A stretch of 40,603 bases of DNA, taken from the NCBI GenBank assembly GCA_947462115.1, contig CANHON010000002.1:1-40603 (forward strand), given 5' to 3'. Numbering within the stretch: position 1 is the stretch's first letter; the number at the start of each line of letters is the position of its first letter. Source of the stretch: Deltaproteobacteria bacterium (GTDB lineage Bacteria; Myxococcota_A; UBA796; UBA2385). Made by a program: the position numbers and the translations under genes. The notes under the pieces are model-generated. The model was given only the letters and a program-made list of their open reading frames with translations, searched no databases and was not told where the DNA came from. Below, piece after piece: positions 35,663 through 40,603 of this stretch.

Positions 35663-36775
35663 ATGGGCCGCCAATACGCCGCGCTGATCACCACCCTCGC
35701 CTTGCTCTCTGCCTGCAGCGGCGCCGCAGACAAGGGCGCGGGGCGCGAGGGGGGCGGCCCCGGCGACAGCGGCGGCGCCGACACCGGCCCGATCGACCCT
35801 GGGCCCAGCCCCTACACCCTCGATGACCTGCTGCGGCTCAACCACGTGCAGGCCAAGGGCACGCACAACAGCTACCACCTGCGCAGCGAGCGGATCGTGG
35901 ACGAGAGCCACGACTACGACCACGCGCCCCTCGACGTGCAGCTCGAGGCGCAGGGCGTGCGCCAGTTCGAGCTCGACCTGCACCTGCACGAGACGCTCGG
36001 CTGGCAGGTCTTTCACCTGCCCGGCGGCATCGACGAGGGCACCACCTGCCTGCAGCTGCGCGACTGCCTCGGCTTGATGAAGGCTTGGTCCGACCAGAAC
36101 CCCTACCACCTGCCGATCGTCGTGTGGTTCGAGCCCAAGGACGAGGACCTCGACTGGGCCATCCCCGAGCTGCTGGAGTACATCGGGCGCGAGGCCGAGA
36201 TCGAAGACGCTGTGCTGGAGGTCATCCCCGAGCAGCGCATCCTCCGCCCCGACGAGGTGCGCGGCGCCCACCCCGACCTGCCCACCGCCCTGGCCGCGGA
36301 CGGCTGGCCGACCCTCGGGGCGCTGCGCGGGCGCTTCATCTTCGCGATGCTCGACAGCGGGCCGCACCGGGACGCCTACCTGGAGGGCCACCCGGCGCTG
36401 GAGGGCCGGCTGATGTTCGCGACCGCCGACTCGGTGACCGCGCCCTACGCCGCGATGCTCAAGATCAACGACGCGGTGGGCTCGGGTGACGTTGTGGCCG
36501 AGGCCCTGGCCGCCGGCATGGTCGTGACCTCAAACGTCGAGTCGGCGGGCCAGACCGACGCAGAGAACGCCGCCAAGCGCGAGGGCTCATTGGCGTCGGG
36601 CGCGCACTTCTTGAGCAGCGACTACCCGGCGCCGGTCGCGGGCCGCGAGGGCCACCTGGAGATCCCGGGCGGCTCGCCTGCCGGCTGCAACCCCGTCACG
36701 GCCCCGGCCGAGTGCGCGCCCGGGCAGGTCGAAGATCTCGAAGCGGCGCGGGCCCTGCGCGAGGCTGAAGAGTGA
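35663..36775 (+). CDS. lipoprotein, PI-PLC-like phosphodiesterase (Ca-dependent phosphoinositide phospholipase C-like)
   Basis: Lipobox LLSAC. X-box-like catalytic block VQAKGTHNSYHL. TIM-barrel-like strand/helix alternation. C-terminal SGAHFLSSDYP. Confidence 0.65.
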   Translation: MGRQYAALITTLALLSACSGAADKGAGREGGGPGDSGGADTGPIDPGPSPYTLDDLLRLNHVQAKGTHNSYHLRSERIVDESHDYDHAPLDVQLEAQGVRQFELDLHLHETLGWQVFHLPGGIDEGTTCLQLRDCLGLMKAWSDQNPYHLPIVVWFEPKDEDLDWAIPELLEYIGREAEIEDAVLEVIPEQRILRPDEVRGAHPDLPTALAADGWPTLGALRGRFIFAMLDSGPHRDAYLEGHPALEGRLMFATADSVTAPYAAMLKINDAVGSGDVVAEALAAGMVVTSNVESAGQTDAENAAKREGSLASGAHFLSSDYPAPVAGREGHLEIPGGSPAGCNPVTAPAECAPGQVEDLEAARALREAEE

Positions 36776-37677
36776 GCGGGCGGGTCTTCAGCCTCGGTCT
36801 TTGGCTGGGGCTCTGCACCGGCTGCGGGCCGGGCGCCAAGCCCGCCGGAAGCGAAAGCGGCCCCGGCCAAGACAGCGCCGCCGAGGCCCCTCTGACCCGC
36901 GCTTGCAACGGCCACCCGGCGCTGTGCGACCGGCCCCTGGACGCCGTGCGCTTCCCCGGCACCCACAACAGCATGTCGGCGGCCGACGAGGGCTGGCTGG
37001 GCCCCAACCAAGGCCACGGCATCGAGCGACAGCTCGAAGATGGCGTGCGGGCGATGATGTTCGACACCTACGAGGTCGATGGCGAGCTGCTGCTGTGCCA
37101 CGGCTACTGCAGCCTCGGCTCGCGCCCCCTGATCGACGCGCTGCAGGGCGTAGACGCCTTCTTGGCCGCCCACCCCGACGAGCTGCTGCTGCTCATCCTC
37201 CAGGACGGCACCAGCGTCGAGGCCACCACCGCCGCCCTCGACGCCGCCGGGCTCGGCGCCCGCACCTACGACGCCACCCCGCAGCTTCAGGGCGCGCCCT
37301 GGCCCACCCTGGGCGAGCTCACCGCGGACGGCCACCAGCTCATCGTCTCGGCCGAGTCCCAAGGCCCGCCGCCGGCTTGGTACCACCACGCTTGGGCGCT
37401 GTTCTCCGATACGCCCTATTCATTCCGCTCCATCGAGGAGCTGAGCTGTGCGGCCAACCGCGGCGAGGCGCAGAGCCCGCTGTTCTTGGTCAACCACTGG
37501 CTCGGGCCGCTGCCCAGCGAAGACGCCGCCGCCACCGTCAACCTCGCCGAGGTGCTGCGCGCGCGGGTCGAGGCCTGCGAGGCCGAGCGCGGGAAGGTCG
37601 CGAACTTCGTGGCGGTCGATCACTACCAAGTCGGCGACCTGTTTGGCGTCGTGGCCGCCCTCAACGGGCTGGACTGA
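36772..37677 (+). CDS. lipoprotein, PI-PLC X-domain-containing (PLC-like phosphodiesterase)
   Basis: The GTG start overlaps the upstream stop (GTGA, 36772-36775). Lipobox LCTGC. Catalytic block RFPGTHNSMS, followed by GIERQLEDGVRAMMFD. Confidence 0.65.
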   Translation: MSGRVFSLGLWLGLCTGCGPGAKPAGSESGPGQDSAAEAPLTRACNGHPALCDRPLDAVRFPGTHNSMSAADEGWLGPNQGHGIERQLEDGVRAMMFDTYEVDGELLLCHGYCSLGSRPLIDALQGVDAFLAAHPDELLLLILQDGTSVEATTAALDAAGLGARTYDATPQLQGAPWPTLGELTADGHQLIVSAESQGPPPAWYHHAWALFSDTPYSFRSIEELSCAANRGEAQSPLFLVNHWLGPLPSEDAAATVNLAEVLRARVEACEAERGKVANFVAVDHYQVGDLFGVVAALNGLD

Positions 37678-37689
37678 AGCGGGCGCCCC

Positions 37690-38118
37690 TCAGCGGGGCG
37701 TGCGCTCCAGCGCCCGGAGCGCACCCGCGCCGTCCCGCAGCAAAAGCCGCTCGGGCGGGGCGCTCAGCGCGAGCGGTCGCTCCTCCCCAGGGGCGAGCTC
37801 GAGGGTCTGGCCGTCGAGCTGCAGCGTGCAGGCCGGCCCGCGCTCGTGGGCGACGTAGGGGCCGTCGTCGTCCATGCCGATGACAATGCACACCACGTCA
37901 TCTTCGTAGGTCTGGGGGAAGGCGAGGCTGAGCCGGTCATCGGCGGCGAGCGCGATGGGCGCCAGGGTCCAGTCGTCGAGCTCGCCGAGCGCATCGGCCT
38001 CTTGGGCGGCGATGCCGAACAGGGCGCGCGCGCGGTGCGACCGGGCGAGCAAAGCGAAGGTGTTGAGCATCCCCGGCATCTCCTCAAACAGCGGCTTCAC
38101 GTCATCTTGATCAGACAT
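37690..38118 (-). CDS. 142-aa acidic hypothetical protein, coupled to the upstream sigma-like gene
   Basis: The ATG at 38118 overlaps the upstream gene by 8 nt (ATGTCTGA), with GGAGG 6 nt upstream. No motif recognised. Confidence 0.55.
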   Translation of the reverse strand: MSDQDDVKPLFEEMPGMLNTFALLARSHRARALFGIAAQEADALGELDDWTLAPIALAADDRLSLAFPQTYEDDVVCIVIGMDDDGPYVAHERGPACTLQLDGQTLELAPGEERPLALSAPPERLLLRDGAGALRALERTPR

Positions 38119-39145
38119 CCGACACCTCCGGCAGCACAGCGAGCAGCACCTCCAACACCAGCTCCAGCAGGGCCCGTGGCGCCGCGTCTGGCTGGGCCTC
38201 CCCGCCCATGGCCGCCACCACCGCGCCGAGGAAGCGCTGGTTGATCCGCGTGATCGCCCGAGTGACGGCCACCCGGCTGTTCAGGCTGGGCACCCGGGCC
38301 ATCAGGGCGTCGGCCTCGTCCCCTTCGGCCACGCCGCGGAGGAGGGCCCGCTCCTCGGGGCCGAGGTCGGACCAGGCCCGGAGCACCGCCGAGCGCACCG
38401 CGCGCCGGGTCAGGGGATCGCCCGCGCCCACGGACGGCTCCGGCACATCGTCGATGTCGGGCGGGGAAGCGGGCAGCGCGCCGAGCAGGGGCGAGAGGTG
38501 CTCCACCAGGGCGGCGACGGAGAGGGGCTGGCCCACCTCGCGCAAAAAGTGCAGCACCAAGGTGTCCACGTCGGCCGGTAGGCCCTGGGCCAGCATCCGG
38601 GCGCGCACGAGGGCCGGATCCCGCGCCACCCGAAGGCCCGCCTGCGGGGCCCGGAATTGCGGGGTCGTGTGCGCCGGCACCTCGACGGGCTCGGCCACCC
38701 GCCGCAGCGCCGCGGCCAAGGCGCGGTAGCGGTCGTCGGCGGCCCGGGCCACCGGGTCCCGCGCGAGGTTGAAGGCCCGGTCGGAGCGGAGCACCTCGCG
38801 CATCACCGACAGCCGGGCGCGAAAGGCGTGGTAGCGCACCGGCGCGTCGCCCCAGTCCTCCTCGGCGGTGGCGACGAACAGGGTGCGGCCGGAGAAGGGG
38901 AAGCGACCGAGCACGGAGCGCTCGCTGCGCACGAGCACGCGGTGGGCGAGGCTCTCGACCGACTCCGGGGCCCGGCGACCGAGCTCGAACCAGCAGTCCG
39001 GCAGGCGGCGGGTCGCGGCGTCCACCTCGCGCACAAAAGCGAGCCGCAGGGCATCATCGGCGGAGCCGCGGGCGAGGGCGCGCACGATCAAGGCGGCGAG
39101 GCCGAGGTCGAGCGGCAGGCCGGCGCCGCGCTGGGGCTTGGACAT
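38111..39145 (-). CDS. hypothetical protein with C-terminal sigma-70 region-4-like HTH
   Basis: The ATG at 39145 has GGAGG 8 nt upstream. The segment LGPEERALLRGVAEGDEADALMARVPSLNSRVAVTRAITRINQRF resembles sigma region 4.2. I could not recognise the region-2 motifs. Divergent from a FecR-domain gene. Confidence 0.5.
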   Translation of the reverse strand: MSKPQRGAGLPLDLGLAALIVRALARGSADDALRLAFVREVDAATRRLPDCWFELGRRAPESVESLAHRVLVRSERSVLGRFPFSGRTLFVATAEEDWGDAPVRYHAFRARLSVMREVLRSDRAFNLARDPVARAADDRYRALAAALRRVAEPVEVPAHTTPQFRAPQAGLRVARDPALVRARMLAQGLPADVDTLVLHFLREVGQPLSVAALVEHLSPLLGALPASPPDIDDVPEPSVGAGDPLTRRAVRSAVLRAWSDLGPEERALLRGVAEGDEADALMARVPSLNSRVAVTRAITRINQRFLGAVVAAMGGEAQPDAAPRALLELVLEVLLAVLPEVSDV

Positions 39146-39275
39146 CAAGGGGGCCTCCAGGGCGCAGCCGAAGCGCCCACGCGCCCCACCAAGGGGCAGG
39201 TCAGCGGCGGATTTCCGCGCAGCGGCGGCCCGAGGCGGCGGGCGCCTCTCCGCCCCGCCGAGATAGCCCGAGGCG

Positions 39276-40409
39276 ATGCTCCCAGCCTCCGGGGCCCGAC
39301 GGCCCGCCCCAGACCCCGTCCAGCACGCCGTCCAGCACGCCGTCCAGCGCGCTGTTCAGCCCGCCGCCCGCGGTGCGGCCGCCTCTCGCCTGCTCCGGCT
39401 GCTGATCGGCGTGCTCTGCGCCATCTTGAGCGGCCCGGCCCTCGGGGCGCGGGTGCTGCGGGTGGAGGCCCCCCGGCCCGACGGGCGCTTCGCCGAGGTC
39501 ACGCAGAGCGCCGAGGCGCGGCTGCTCCGCGCCGGCTCCACCTTGCCGCTGATCGTCGGGATGGACGTGCTGCAGGGCGACCTCATCGAGCTCGACCGCG
39601 CCCGGGTCGTCATCGAGCTCGAGCCGGGCGAGCGGGTGGCCCTGGGCGAGGGCAGCCGGGTCACCTGGGGCGAGCGCAGCTTTTTGGAGACGGCCGGCGA
39701 GGCCTACCTCCGCCTGCGCAGCGGCTTCTCGGTGGGCTTTGGCAGCGGCGAGGCCACCGTCGATGGCACCCGCTTCGCGGTGACCCACGACGAGAACGGC
39801 GTCACGGTGAGGGTTGACGAGGGCCGGGTTCGGGTGATCGCCGGCGGGCAGACGGTGGCCGTGGGCCGCGGTCAGGCGAGCGTGGTGCCCGCACGCGCCG
39901 CCGCGCCCAGCCCCGCCCAAAAGGCCGCCCCACGGCCGCCCACCGCCGCCGACATCTCCGACGCCGCGGGCCGCGCCGACCGCCTCGGCCTCACCGTCCT
40001 GATCGGAGCGCGCGCCATCGACGGCCTTCAAGGCGGACAAACGGGCCTGCTCCGCCTCGGGGGCTACGCCGCGCTGCCCGGCCCCCTCCAGGCCGGGGCC
40101 GAGCTCGGCGCGATCACCGGCGGCGGGCGCTGGCACCTCGAGCCCACCCTCACCGGCGGGCTCGACCTGGGCCGGCTCGTGATCCTCGGCGAGGCCGGCC
40201 TCGGCCTCGGCGCGCTCACGGTCGGGGGAGAGGACCAAGGCAACGCGCTGGTGCCGATCCTCGGCGGTCGGGCCCGCCTGTCCCTCCCCCGCGACGGTCG
40301 CCTCCGGGCCCTGGTCGAGGCCCGCGCGGGGCTCTCCGGCCGACCCGCCCTCGATCTGCCGGTGGCGGCGAGCGTCGAGCTGGCTGTCGGCGGCGCCTGG
40401 ACCCGCTGA
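39276..40409 (+). CDS. FecR-domain protein with signal/anchor and Gly-rich beta-strand C-terminal half
   Basis: Hydrophobic segment LLRLLIGVLCAILSGPALGA. FecR-like block GEAYLRLRSGFSVGFGSGEATVDGTRFAVTHDENGVTVRVDEGRVRVIAGGQTVAVGRGQ. The exact start is uncertain. Confidence 0.65.
   Translation: MLPASGARRPAPDPVQHAVQHAVQRAVQPAARGAAASRLLRLLIGVLCAILSGPALGARVLRVEAPRPDGRFAEVTQSAEARLLRAGSTLPLIVGMDVLQGDLIELDRARVVIELEPGERVALGEGSRVTWGERSFLETAGEAYLRLRSGFSVGFGSGEATVDGTRFAVTHDENGVTVRVDEGRVRVIAGGQTVAVGRGQASVVPARAAAPSPAQKAAPRPPTAADISDAAGRADRLGLTVLIGARAIDGLQGGQTGLLRLGGYAALPGPLQAGAELGAITGGGRWHLEPTLTGGLDLGRLVILGEAGLGLGALTVGGEDQGNALVPILGGRARLSLPRDGRLRALVEARAGLSGRPALDLPVAASVELAVGGAWTR
39317..39364 (+). repeat. 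in-frame 12-nt tandem repeat x3-4 (encodes VQHA-VQHA-VQRA-VQPA) at the N-terminus of the FecR-domain ORF
   Basis: cgtccagcacgc occurs at 39317-39328 and 39329-39340, with degenerate copies at 39341-39352 and 39353-39364. Confidence 0.85.
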
Positions 40410-40474
40410 GCCGCCGCGCTGCGAGGCTTGGGCACGACGGGGCGACCCCACTCAACGGGCGGGCGAGGCGCGGC

Positions 40475-40603
40475 TCAGGCGCTGAGCCGACGACCGAGCT
40501 GATCCAGCTCGTCCGGCGGGAAGAAGGCGATGAAGAACAACCACATGGTCACGGTGAAGGTGCCCACCGGCATCGTCCAGTAGATGAGGCCGTGGAAGGC
40601 GAG
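40475..40603 (-). CDS. partial CDS (C-terminal 42 codons) of a hydrophobic membrane protein continuing beyond the window
   Basis: The reverse-strand frame is open from the window edge and reads LAFHGLIYWTMPVGTFTVTMWLFFIAFFPPDELDQLGRRLSA before the stop (TGA = complement of 40475-40477). It is hydrophobic and GC3-biased. It is too short for the ORF track, and its function is unknown. Confidence 0.4.
   Translation of the reverse strand, partial: LAFHGLIYWTMPVGTFTVTMWLFFIAFFPPDELDQLGRRLSA

Overview
Very GC-rich bacterial chromosomal segment (roughly 70-75% G+C by eye, not computed). It is densely coding. Strong third-position GC bias produces many long spurious antisense or extended ORFs in the six-frame track. 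I call 34 protein-coding genes, one of them partial at the right edge. I see no rRNA, tRNA, CRISPR array, transposase or integrase. Several markers point to Myxococcota, possibly a Nannocystis/Plesiocystis/Enhygromyxa-like lineage; this is inference only. The markers are two MYXO-CTERM-like tails (Cys motif, TM helix, Arg cluster), Cys/Asp-rich 'putative metal-binding' repeats, at least 8 lipobox lipoproteins, LTD-CotH and FecR. Gene content from left to right: (1) a secreted beta-barrel-like protein; (2) a four-gene, translationally coupled minus-strand cassette (890-7246) led by a RavA-like MoxR AAA+ ATPase, followed by a 170-aa protein and two large proteins with beta-propeller-like C-termini; (3) a long 469-bp intergenic region with an AT-rich island, then a divergent HipA-family kinase with a fused N-terminal HTH (YjjJ/HipH-like); (4) housekeeping or accessory genes (NmrA-like reductase with divergent LysR, CaCA antiporter); (5) a DUF1588-like cytochrome-c-motif protein / lipoprotein / Tat-DUF1501-like / Cys-rich lipoprotein operon; (6) a secretome-rich stretch containing two paralogous beta-helix lipoproteins, a 7-repeat Cys-rich lipoprotein ending in a C-type lectin domain with EPN/WND motifs, LTD-CotH, a DMT transporter, an esterase and a metzincin with MYXO-CTERM; (7) AIM24 and pirin; (8) a lower-GC two-gene module of an ABC/SMC-type ATPase and a 194-aa partner with a possible (D/E)xK motif; (9) a long acyl-CoA dehydrogenase; (10) three tandem phospholipase-C-type genes; (11) a sigma-region-4-like protein with a coupled small ORF, divergent from a FecR-domain protein. 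The best candidates for an uncharacterised biological system are the MoxR cassette with its HipA-like neighbour, and the ATPase + small partner pair.
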